Shown here: piece after piece, positions 20,017 to 29,193 of the stretch
Layout: every line of letters begins with the position of its first letter
Position numbering within the stretch: position 1 is the first letter of the stretch
Assembly (NCBI GenBank): GCA_029856045.1
Contig: JAHQWG010000025.1
Span: forward strand, 1 to 64,000
Direction of reading: 5' to 3'
Source: Promethearchaeia archaeon
GTDB taxonomy: Archaea > Asgardarchaeota > Lokiarchaeia > Sigyniarchaeales > SOKP01
Length of the DNA: 64,000 nt
Program-made: the position numbers and the translations under genes
The notes under the pieces: model-generated
What the model saw: only the letters and a program-made list of their open reading frames with translations
Database searches by the model: none
Told to the model about the DNA's origin: nothing

Positions 20017-20061
20017 AGCTTTTTTAAATGTAGAGATAATTATTTAAATTGAGTTATAATT

Positions 20062-20310
20062 ATGAGTGAAATAGAAGAATATATAAAAAAACTTAATGAA
20101 AGTGCAGAAGAAGTAGAACCATTAAGCCCTGAAGGAGGAGATCGAATAAGAGACATTATAGAACTGGTTAAAAATATAAATGAAGGAGATAATAAGAAAA
20201 AAGCTTTAGATTTAGTAATGGAGATACTTGAAAGGATGGAGGAATATGAAACTTATGTTCCCACCTCTGTCGCACACTTTAGATTTCTTAAGGAGGAATT
20301 CTCTAAATAA
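20062..20310 (+). CDS. Small acidic helical protein of unknown function, paralog B
   Basis: Paralog of 16688..16951; has its own operator/promoter and downstream T-runs. Confidence 0.8.
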   Translation: MSEIEEYIKKLNESAEEVEPLSPEGGDRIRDIIELVKNINEGDNKKKALDLVMEILERMEEYETYVPTSVAHFRFLKEEFSK

Positions 20311-20405
20311 AATTTTTAAATCTTCTTTTTTTTAATGCTCCCTTTTTTTTATTGTTTAGAATAGGATTATCTCAGTGAACAAAAAATTTAAGGAAATATT
20401 TGTAT

Positions 20406-20528
20406 CTATAGATTTTCTCGAATAAAATTCCAAATTACATTGTTAACTTTTTCCGGAGCTTCAATTGTTAATCCATGACTTAATCCTGGAAGAATTTCTA
20501 CTTTTGAATTTGGGATTCTTTCATCACT
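20406..20528 (-). pseudogene. C-terminal fragment of an alpha/beta hydrolase
   Basis: Manual translation SDERIPNSKVEILPGLSHGLTIEAPEKVNNVIWNFIRENL* (catalytic His region only). Confidence 0.7.
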
Positions 20529-20875
20529 TGACTTTGAAATAAAGGTATTGGTAGTTCCATGAGTGCTCTCTATAGCATTCAACTTAGTAGGTTTAATCCA
20601 AGCGACAATTGCGAACTCATTATTAAAGGGGCTATTATACGATCCAAAAACATCATTAAGAATATCTCCGAAATAGTTACTCGAATTGAAAGATAAGGTT
20701 TCTTCTTTATATTTTAGGGAGTCATATGTCTTTATACAAAATTCTCATCAAGATACGCTTTAAATACTAATGCTGGAGGGAGCGAAGGATACCCGATAAT
20801 TAATTCTTCTATATATCCTTCAAAGGAAGAGGTTAACACGAAACTCAGGAAACATTCATTAACATGAATATGGTA
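20529..20875 (-). pseudogene. Frameshifted LamG/concanavalin-A-like domain fragment
   Basis: FEGYIEELII..LVFKAYLDEN / frameshift / KTYDS...LSFN..NYFGDILNDVFG...EFAIVAWIKP; no intact start. Confidence 0.5.
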
Positions 20876-21932
20876 CCTTGAGATGAATTATTTGTTTTTT
20901 TGCCTAATTTAACACACTTTATTTCTTTTATCAAGACTTTTAACCACCCCGATTTTAAGCGATAAAAAAGTATAGTGTAGGGCAAAGGCGTTAGAGATTA
21001 CATAGTAATAAACAGGAGGAAGGACTTCTTTTAACCTTAGATTTCGCAGTCCTTTATTTCATATGTCGGTATTTTGAATTACAACAGAGTAAAATATGAG
21101 AGTTGGATATTTTAATATTTACTAAAGTATTTGATTATTTTAAGCTAAAATTAACAAGTGTGAATTCTTTAATCCTTTTTTCACTTGGAATTGGTTTTGT
21201 TTTAACTATTCATATACGATATATGGGTTGATAATCAGTATAATTAATTGATATTTATTTTATGTAGAATGCTTTAACTTTTTTTATTCTTAGATTCATT
21301 GATTGGACTTGAATTTGCTAATGATTTTTTAATTGTTGGAGCATATGCTGTAAAGAAAATTTATAAGACTATTAAATCTCTCTAAATTTTTTAAAAATAT
21401 ATTATATAGTTAAATAAATCTTGTCTAAAATTTATTTCCAAAGAATTACTTGAATGAAATAACAAATCTCTCTTCCCTCATATCGAGAAGGTTTTTAATA
21501 TTACTGAAGATTGAATCTACAGCTGGTTCATTTTTACCGTTAACATTAAGTAAAATTAATGTTAATTATGTTCCTTTACCTTAATGTTTAATCGTCGATT
21601 GTTTACTAAGAGTTGTAACATCCAAAATAACGAGGTTGGAAAATTATTTTCAAAATTTTATATATTTTAGAAGGTCTTATGACGAAATATGCACATAATT
21701 TTATAAATTCATGAAAATATAATAGGATGAACCGTGTTAAAAAATGCAATCCATGAAGAATAACAATGTTTCAATCCATTTCACAAATTCAAATAACAAT
21801 TTTCATCTTAAATGAAATTTTAATATCTTTAAGATTACTAACTATAAGTTTAGCCAGTTTTTTTATTATTCTATACTACACAAAAAGTAAGAAATGGAAT
21901 TATTTATTTAAGTATGCATTAACTGTTGCTCT

Positions 21933-22568
21933 ATGTCTTTATGGTGTACATTTAATATTCTTCTTATTTTTAATAAGAAATTTCATAAAAATATATTAAA
22001 ATTAATAGGTTTTGAGAATCATAAATTAATTGAAAAAATCGCCCCACAAGATTTTGATGAAAAAAGGAAAAAATCTCCAGATGTTCCAATACTCATTTCA
22101 GAGCCCAAAATTTATACTACTAGTAAAAAACGCTGTAATAATGCATTTAAAAATGATAAAAAATATCTACAAATACTTCTAAAAGACAAAATCGCTAAAG
22201 AGTTAAAAATTGATCCTAAAAAATTAGACCACATAAAAGTTGTGCTTTTTGATTATACCAGTTGGTTACAGAAAGTTAACATCATGGATAAGATTGAGAA
22301 ATATCAACATTCCAAAATTATGTTATTTATTGTCGGGACATATTGGTTTCAAAATTGGATAAGTCGAGTTAAGAAACTCCCTAAAGATAAAAGAATTAAA
22401 TATCCCGAAAATATTCGAATTATTAAATGGGATCTTTTTGCCAATTTGTTAAATCTGAGTGATGATAACCAGAAGCGACTTAAGGTAATCATTAAATTAA
22501 GTAGATCAAAAGATTTAGAAACCTTGAGAAAACTTAACGAACAAAATAATTATAAATTGCATCGTTAA
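21933..22568 (+). CDS. Hypothetical protein, probably a 5'-truncated remnant
   Basis: 211-aa ORF whose start overlaps a short hydrophobic ORF (21766..21999); PD...FDYT..KIEKYQ..LFIVGT.W. Confidence 0.4.
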   Translation: MSLWCTFNILLIFNKKFHKNILKLIGFENHKLIEKIAPQDFDEKRKKSPDVPILISEPKIYTTSKKRCNNAFKNDKKYLQILLKDKIAKELKIDPKKLDHIKVVLFDYTSWLQKVNIMDKIEKYQHSKIMLFIVGTYWFQNWISRVKKLPKDKRIKYPENIRIIKWDLFANLLNLSDDNQKRLKVIIKLSRSKDLETLRKLNEQNNYKLHR

Positions 22569-22816
22569 AAAAAATCAAAAACTAGAAAAAAAGGGTTTAA
22601 TTACAATTTAGATGCATTTTTGTCGAAAATTTAAATAAAGAAACAGAAGAAGAGGTAAAATTTGAAGAAAAAGATTTAAAAGATTTGGAAAAATCTAAGA
22701 CTTCCCAATTAGGGTAATGCATCAAACATTTCGATAATAAATTCTTTATTTTCTACTTTTTTTATCGTTCCAGTTACGACAATATTCTCAGCCTTCTTTT
22801 CTGATAATAGAATTCC

Positions 22817-22951
22817 ATGCAAATAAACATGATGGATGCTGAAATGTTAAGAGATGGTCAAAAACATCCTTAGAATTATAAAAACTTGCTTGTAAGAGTC
22901 ACAGGGTACAATGCTTACTTCCACACCATCGGTAGAGAGCGATCAAAATAA
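22817..22951 (+). pseudogene. Glycyl-radical enzyme C-terminal fragment with an in-frame stop
   Basis: MQINMMDAEMLRDGQKHP*NYKNLLVRVTGYNAYF; RV(T)GY radical motif; TAG at 22871. Confidence 0.85.
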
Positions 22952-23034
22952 TAGCAAAAAATATCAGCAAGGAATATATTGGATGGAATTTCTGCCATCA
23001 CATAAACTTTTAAATCATTTTTACCTCTTACAAG
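22942..23034 (-). pseudogene. ppsA: Internal 31-codon fragment of phosphoenolpyruvate synthase
   Basis: LVRGKNDLKVYVMAEIPSNIFLADIFCYYFD matches the PEP-synthase segment preceding GFSIGSNDL. Confidence 0.8.
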
Positions 23035-23035
23035 T

Positions 23036-23452
23036 ATGATTGATCAACTGAAACAGAAACTTCAAGAACTCGAAATAAAAAAGAGTGAAATCCAACCAAA
23101 AGTTGAAGAGTTGGAAGAAAAAAAAAAGGAAGAAATCGAAGCTGTAAATCAAAAATATTTCCATTTAATTCAAGAAATTACAATGGACGTTGAAAGATTT
23201 GAAAAAGAGATAAATAATGGTTTTATAAATTCTTATGTAGATATCGTAATGGAGGAGATTGATACAAAGAGAAGTACAGATGAATATACAGTTACAGACA
23301 GAATTAAACAATATCGAGAAGAAATTTCAACGGTAGAAATATTTCCTAAGAAATTAATTGAAAAATTAGATAGAGTAATTAGTGCGGAAGACCAGATAGA
23401 AGAGATCGCGTATTATATTGATGATATTAAAAAAGAATACATAAAATCCTAG
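23036..23452 (+). CDS. Hypothetical coiled-coil protein
   Basis: E/K-rich heptads; 138 aa. Confidence 0.65.
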   Translation: MIDQLKQKLQELEIKKSEIQPKVEELEEKKKEEIEAVNQKYFHLIQEITMDVERFEKEINNGFINSYVDIVMEEIDTKRSTDEYTVTDRIKQYREEISTVEIFPKKLIEKLDRVISAEDQIEEIAYYIDDIKKEYIKS

Positions 23453-23483
23453 ATTTTTCAAGTTATTTGTTTTTTATCGAGTT

Positions 23484-24059
23484 TTAAGTTATTGTAGCAT
23501 TAGCTTTTTGTATTGCTAAAATTTTATAGTTTATTATAATTGTTCTATTATATAATAATAATCCATCTCCTGGAAATCCATAGCCTAATGCATCTTTATT
23601 AGTTACATCATCAATACCATCTTCATCAAGATCGACAGTTGCACTAATATTAAATGTACGGCCATACCCAACAGATTTTCCTAAGAGTTCATTATAAAAT
23701 CCTAGTATAAAACCTTCCTCTGCATCCTCATCATACCGTGAAGAAACATTTAATGTAGCATTATACATTTTAATAACAGGATTTGAGTAATTATAATCAT
23801 GATTTTCCTCAGCCCAAATAGTATAATCTAGTAATACTAGATCGTATTTCTCAATTATTTCTGTTTCTCTCGGAGTAAATGTAATAAAAATCGCAATGAT
23901 TAAAATTCCAGATATGACTAAAAAGATAAGAACCATCCAAATGCTTGTTCGGGATTTGCGATATACGTACTTTTTGGGAGGTGATGGTTCTTCTTTATTA
24001 TTATAAGTTTCTTCTTTTGATCTTTTCGGATTGCGTTTTAAATTACCCAACGTGATCAA
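23484..24059 (-). CDS. Membrane-anchored FKBP-type peptidyl-prolyl isomerase-like protein
   Basis: One TM helix, then D.VLLDY...GFILGF...LLG..VG...ALGYG...L.N.TI....KI..I. Confidence 0.6.
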   Translation of the reverse strand: MITLGNLKRNPKRSKEETYNNKEEPSPPKKYVYRKSRTSIWMVLIFLVISGILIIAIFITFTPRETEIIEKYDLVLLDYTIWAEENHDYNYSNPVIKMYNATLNVSSRYDEDAEEGFILGFYNELLGKSVGYGRTFNISATVDLDEDGIDDVTNKDALGYGFPGDGLLLYNRTIIINYKILAIQKANATIT

Positions 24060-24284
24060 TCATTAATTTAATTATCTATATTTAGAATAGAAATAAGAAT
24101 TTTAAAAACTTATTTTAGAAAAATATTTTCAATTATCCTTGTTTAATTAAAAAATATTACAGAGAGATCAATTTTTTGATCTTAATATTACACAATTGTC
24201 CCATTAAAAACATATTTTTATAAATAGAATTTCTTAATAAGTATAAAACTGAATTTATTCATCAAACCTAATATTTGAAAGAAT

Positions 24285-26030
24285 TTGCCGACAAAAAAGA
24301 GCTTAGTTCAGAATAAGGAGTTAAATAGTAATTTACTGCGCAAGAAAATTTGGAAGATTATAAATTTGCTTGAAGCAAATCAATTATTTGTTCATTCACG
24401 TAATATTGAAGTATCTTTCACTCCAGAGGGAAAGAAAAAAGTTGAAAAAAAAAGCCTTCCGGAAATTTTAACAATCTGTATGCTTAATGCAATAGCTCCC
24501 AATTCTGCAATGTTATTAATTGGGGGACACGGAGGCGGTAAAACCTCAATTTGTAAACTATTAGGCAGAATGATTACAGGGAAATCACTCAAAGAAATAG
24601 AATCTTCAATAATTCGAGGACATCCACAATTAACGGAGGAAAAATTAATAGGAACTTTAAAATTAGGGGAATTGATGCAAGGAAAGGAAATAGTCAGTTG
24701 GAGAAAATTTGTAATAGATTTTTGGAAAATAATAGATGAAGTGAATCGTTTGTCTCCATATGCTCAGGATATATTACTATCATTATTGGCTGAGGGGCAA
24801 GTTAAGTATTTTGATGAGGTTCAAAATATTTCAAAATTTTCCTTATATGCAACAATAAATCCGCAAGATGTGGGAACTTTTGAATTATCGGAACCTTTTT
24901 TAGATAGATTTGGTATATCAGTTCCAATTTCCATGCCAACAAGTCATGATCTTCAAATTATATTAAAAGGCAAAGATGAAAAATATAGTGGTTACGATGA
25001 GCTTGTTCAAGTGCCCCAGGTATTAACTCTTGACGATCTTATGGAGATCTGGTATCAAGTCGATAAGATAGATTGCACCACAGATGCTAATAATATCATT
25101 CATGCAATAATTCGTGAATTTACTTTATGTATGCGAGTTGATAAAGGAAATATTGAGCAATTAAAACCAGGTGAAGGGTTGTGTTCCGGTTGCCATTTTA
25201 ACACGAAGGCAAATATTTGCAATAAGGTTTCTTCAATATTAAGTGTTAGAGTAGCAAAAGACCTTCTGAGATATTCAAAAGCATTGGCATGGTTAATGAA
25301 TTTAAATAAGGTAGAGCTCCCTTTAGTAGTAAATGTTGCACCATATGTGATTTCTCATAGAGTTGGTTTTACTGATAGAGAATTGAACGCTAGTCCATAT
25401 TATGGAAATAAATTGAATTATACAAAAGATTTAATTGATAATGTTAGAAAGAGATATTTAAACCGAAAAGAGGCTTATGATGTTTTAGATAAATTTAGAT
25501 TAGGTGAAGGTTCAGAAACTGATTTGCAGACATTGAATAAATATGTTAATAATGATTTAATAGTTAAAATGGATTTAGACCCATTAATAAAGACATTAAA
25601 TAATAAAAAATATGCAGAAGTCGCCAAGGAAATTACGGCTGCTTCAAAGAGAAATGACATTGAGATACTTTCTAAAATTAAAAATGAACTATTAGAGAAC
25701 ATTGAATTTCCGAATCGGGGGGATCTAATAAATCGTTGCAATGAAGAGTTATATAAACAAACCATAAGGGTTTTTAATTTCAAATATAAATATTGGCAAG
25801 ATATATGGGCTTCAATAGCCGTTGAATTTCCTGAGTTGGATGAATTGATTAAACAATCTTTTGAGAAACGGCAAACGAAACAAATCAGGACTAAAGATTT
25901 ATTAATTGAGATAAATGTCTCTGGTACAAGTGAGAATTCAACGGTAAATTTTGGAATTTCTGGTGGATCAGATGCTTTAAAATTGAAAAAACTAATTGAA
26001 AAAGAACCTTTTATCGAGGAGAATGAATAA
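24285..26030 (+). CDS. MoxR-like AAA+ ATPase with a Cys-rich insert
   Basis: GGHGGGKTS Walker A, IIDEVNR Walker B, ATINP, PFLDRF, C..LCSGCHF..C insert, SVR sensor II. Confidence 0.85.
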   Translation: MPTKKSLVQNKELNSNLLRKKIWKIINLLEANQLFVHSRNIEVSFTPEGKKKVEKKSLPEILTICMLNAIAPNSAMLLIGGHGGGKTSICKLLGRMITGKSLKEIESSIIRGHPQLTEEKLIGTLKLGELMQGKEIVSWRKFVIDFWKIIDEVNRLSPYAQDILLSLLAEGQVKYFDEVQNISKFSLYATINPQDVGTFELSEPFLDRFGISVPISMPTSHDLQIILKGKDEKYSGYDELVQVPQVLTLDDLMEIWYQVDKIDCTTDANNIIHAIIREFTLCMRVDKGNIEQLKPGEGLCSGCHFNTKANICNKVSSILSVRVAKDLLRYSKALAWLMNLNKVELPLVVNVAPYVISHRVGFTDRELNASPYYGNKLNYTKDLIDNVRKRYLNRKEAYDVLDKFRLGEGSETDLQTLNKYVNNDLIVKMDLDPLIKTLNNKKYAEVAKEITAASKRNDIEILSKIKNELLENIEFPNRGDLINRCNEELYKQTIRVFNFKYKYWQDIWASIAVEFPELDELIKQSFEKRQTKQIRTKDLLIEINVSGTSENSTVNFGISGGSDALKLKKLIEKEPFIEENE

Positions 26031-26051
26031 CTGCCACCTGAATCAAAAAAA

Positions 26052-27785
26052 GTGAAATTCAAGAGTCGAAAAGAAGTCTCTAAAAAGCAATTGCTGCAAA
26101 ACGAAGAAAAACTAAGAAATCTTGCTGGAATTGCATGGTCTAAGGCTTTGGAAGAATATTTTTTCCCACCTTTATCAATTCCAAACTTTAAATTTGATTA
26201 CACTCGTATTGAAGGTTTTTATATAGATATATCTGAACAATGGCAAATCACCATGAATTTAGCTCAAGCACCATTGTTTATAGAAAATGATGATTACGTA
26301 AGGTATTTTTTTGTTAATGCTATGCACGAAATTGGACATTATGATCTTATTCCTTATGATGGGTTAATAAATGCACGTTTATTAAGTGCGGCAATGAAAT
26401 CAGTAGCGAATATATTTGCCCCGATCGTTGTAAATTTTTTTGCTGATTTAATTATAGATACAAAACTACATCAGAAATATCCAGAGGATATGTTATGGGA
26501 AGCACAACACACCTTTAATGGAATAATAAGTAAGAAAAAGAAACTTGCACATTTTGCCGAATTGATCTTTAGATGTTATGAACTTTTATGGAATCAAAAA
26601 ATTGATGAAAAATATGATTTCAAGGAAGTTAATGATACTGCAAAGAGAATTACCAAAATTATTAATAAGAATTTTGAAGATGATTCAAAATGGGAGGAAA
26701 AAACGAGAAAAATTGCCGCAATATTAAAACCTATTGTTAATGATACATTTACACTTATCGGAATTGGGGCAAATCCCTGTACTGAAGGAAGTACTCGTAG
26801 ATTTTCTGATGATGGTAAAGGAAATATTATAGAAATGCCTGAAGAAATTGTTCAGATAATGGGAAATCCATTAGAAAATCGGAATTCTGATAAGATTAAA
26901 AGTAATAATAAGGATGCGAAAAATAAGAAAGCCGAAGATTTCGCAAAAGAAAAGAGTTTGAATGAATTTGGATCACCGGCAGTACAAGCAGGAATTTTAA
27001 AAGACGGTGAGGTATTAAATACATGGTATAGAGGTTTAGCTAAAGACTTAATTTCAATTAAATTATATGAGAAAAAACCAAGTGGATTAATGCCGGCATA
27101 TCCAGAAACTTGGAGGATTGGAGACTCTCTAGAAGAACTTGATGTTGTTCAAAGTTTATTGAATTACCCCAAACTTATTCCTAATATTACTACAAAAAAG
27201 TGGGTTTCTATAGAAGGTCCTGGAATTATGCAAGAAAAACAACTTCCGGATTTAATGATTGTTTTAGATTCATCTGGTTCGATGAATTGGTCCTATTCTA
27301 AAAGAATAAGTAAGAACTCAAAATCTCCATATCATATTGCCTTAGTAGCAGCATTCGCGGTATTACATTATGTTGCTAAAAAAGGTTGTAAATTCAGTAT
27401 CATCAATTTTTCAGGTAGAGCCGATATTTGTGATTGGACATTTGATTATATTAAGGCGGAAAAAAGATTATTAAAATATCAAGGAAGTGGGACAGTTTTA
27501 CCGATAAAATCTATGAAAATATTAGCAGAGAAGGCTGAAAAAAACATTTTAATTATCTTAATCACTGATTTTGGGTTATATAATTGGAAACCTGCAAGAA
27601 AAGGAATGTTGGAATTATTAAATAAAGGACATAAGATTGTTGGTTTTTTTATCAGTCCATCTATTAGACAAGATGAGGATAAACGATTTAAAGAATTATA
27701 CGATAAGGGAGCAATCTTTTATCAAATTTCAAATATTAGTGATTTGATTAATTTAGTCATTAAAGAAGTAAAAAAAAATTATTAA
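26052..27785 (+). CDS. VWA-domain protein with an N-terminal HEXXH metallopeptidase-like region
   Basis: MHEIGH; MIDAS DSSGSM, GT, ITD. Confidence 0.82.
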   Translation: MKFKSRKEVSKKQLLQNEEKLRNLAGIAWSKALEEYFFPPLSIPNFKFDYTRIEGFYIDISEQWQITMNLAQAPLFIENDDYVRYFFVNAMHEIGHYDLIPYDGLINARLLSAAMKSVANIFAPIVVNFFADLIIDTKLHQKYPEDMLWEAQHTFNGIISKKKKLAHFAELIFRCYELLWNQKIDEKYDFKEVNDTAKRITKIINKNFEDDSKWEEKTRKIAAILKPIVNDTFTLIGIGANPCTEGSTRRFSDDGKGNIIEMPEEIVQIMGNPLENRNSDKIKSNNKDAKNKKAEDFAKEKSLNEFGSPAVQAGILKDGEVLNTWYRGLAKDLISIKLYEKKPSGLMPAYPETWRIGDSLEELDVVQSLLNYPKLIPNITTKKWVSIEGPGIMQEKQLPDLMIVLDSSGSMNWSYSKRISKNSKSPYHIALVAAFAVLHYVAKKGCKFSIINFSGRADICDWTFDYIKAEKRLLKYQGSGTVLPIKSMKILAEKAEKNILIILITDFGLYNWKPARKGMLELLNKGHKIVGFFISPSIRQDEDKRFKELYDKGAIFYQISNISDLINLVIKEVKKNY

Positions 27786-27841
27786 AAATGCATTCTTTAT
27801 ATAATAAGACTTAGGATGAATTTTTGCCAAAATGATTAATT

Positions 27842-28441
27842 ATGAAGTCAGTTATGTATCTTTCTCCAAAAATTTACAATTTTTTTCTAAGAATAATTCA
27901 CAGAAAATATTTTTTATTTAGATATAAAGAAATTGCAAGAATTATTGGAAAAAATAAAAAAGTTTTGGATTTAGGATGTGGAACTGGGTTATTATATAAA
28001 TTCTTAGATAAATCGTGTGAATATGAAGGATGGGATTTAAATAAAAGATTTTTAAAAAATATGGATGGAATTAATACCAAATGTAAAAATGTTTTTGATT
28101 TTGATGACTATCCAGCTTCAGATGTGATTGTTATCTGTGATCTACTTCATCATGTAATGCCCAGACATAAAGAATTATTAATAAAAGCAAAAGAAAAAAC
28201 AAAAAGACTTATTGTTTTAGAGTCAAAAGCAGCTATAGTTAAAATAAAAAATAGAATTATATATTTTATATATAAAGCATTTGATACACTCCTAGGAGAT
28301 AGTGATGGAATTAATAGTTATGATGAAAGAATGAAATATTTTGATAATAAAGAAGATACTTTTAAATTCTTTTCGGATTTTAATCCATTATATATTAAAG
28401 AGATTGGCTCAGATTATTTAATAATTTTTAGTAACGCTTAA
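27842..28441 (+). CDS. Class I SAM-dependent methyltransferase
   Basis: KVLDLGCGTG, DVIV..DLLHHV. Confidence 0.85.
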   Translation: MKSVMYLSPKIYNFFLRIIHRKYFLFRYKEIARIIGKNKKVLDLGCGTGLLYKFLDKSCEYEGWDLNKRFLKNMDGINTKCKNVFDFDDYPASDVIVICDLLHHVMPRHKELLIKAKEKTKRLIVLESKAAIVKIKNRIIYFIYKAFDTLLGDSDGINSYDERMKYFDNKEDTFKFFSDFNPLYIKEIGSDYLIIFSNA

Positions 28442-28449
28442 TGATAAAT

Positions 28450-28575
28450 TTATCAAATAAAGGACATAAAAATTTTGTTTTTTTTTATCGCTCTATATTA
28501 TAGATAAGATGAGGATGATAAATTTAAAGACTTATATGAAGAAGAAGTAATCTTTTATCAAATTGAAATTATTAG
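28450..28575 (+). repeat. Degenerate duplicate of the 3' end of the VWA gene (about 27615-27739)
   Basis: Shared blocks aaataaaggacataa, tttttttatc, aagatgaggat, atttaaaga.ttata, aatcttttatcaaatt, in the same order. Confidence 0.85.
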
Positions 28576-28599
28576 GTTCTATTTTGCATTTGAAAATTT

Positions 28600-29193
28600 C
28601 TACAGAAATTCTTTAAGGTTTATTGGTGAATTATCCTTTAATTCGAAATAATCATAAAAATGAGTAGTTAGAGTAATCTTTTTATTGTTTTCTTCAATAA
28701 GTCTTTTCTTTTTTAGTGTTTTTATATAATTATATGCTGAACTTCCAAATTTGGAAGCGATATCTCTCTTACTTGCCTTGGAGTGCTTAAATATTACATA
28801 TGCTAATATTTTAATCTCAATTTGATTGATTAAGTCACCGAGTGTAAATTTTTCAATTGTATTTATTATCTCTTTTTTTACAATTAATTCAAATCGTTGA
28901 TCGGAAGATTCTACGATTTTTAATACGGTATCAAATAATTTGTATTCTTTTTGGATGTCATGAATTGCATTTATTATTCTTTCTTTTGAGGTTTTTTTTA
29001 AAACCTTTAAAAATTCTCGAATTTTAACAGGCCGCCGTGCTTGAAATAATATAGATTCAATAGTTCTCTTAAACTCATCATATTCTAAAATTCGCCTTAA
29101 ATGTATTTCCGCTTTATCAATAAATGCTGAATCCTCACAAGCGAAATTAATATCATGATTATTGAATCCATTTTCAATTTTATTACTCAGCAA
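28600..29193 (-). CDS. scpB: ScpB-like SMC accessory (kite) subunit, divergent
   Basis: IESILF....PV, tandem wHTH pattern, LTT.F.DYF.L; overlaps the smc stop by 11 nt. Confidence 0.75.
   Translation of the reverse strand: MLSNKIENGFNNHDINFACEDSAFIDKAEIHLRRILEYDEFKRTIESILFQARRPVKIREFLKVLKKTSKERIINAIHDIQKEYKLFDTVLKIVESSDQRFELIVKKEIINTIEKFTLGDLINQIEIKILAYVIFKHSKASKRDIASKFGSSAYNYIKTLKKKRLIEENNKKITLTTHFYDYFELKDNSPINLKEFL

Noticed and set aside
21020-21054. AAGGACT...AGTCCTT inverted repeat, a possible IS end or ncRNA
   Set aside because: Only a 7-bp stem, no transposase nearby, no recognisable RNA family
22871-22873. In-frame TAG as pyrrolysine recoding
   Set aside because: It is one base from the expected Glu codon GAG, the gene is a fragment, and no pyl genes are in view
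24192-24199. ACAATTGT core upstream of the MoxR gene
   Set aside because: The arms do not match and the TATA spacing differs
25475-26062. 195-aa antisense ORF and the other short overlapping ORFs in the track
   Set aside because: Shadow frames of well-supported genes with no motifs of their own
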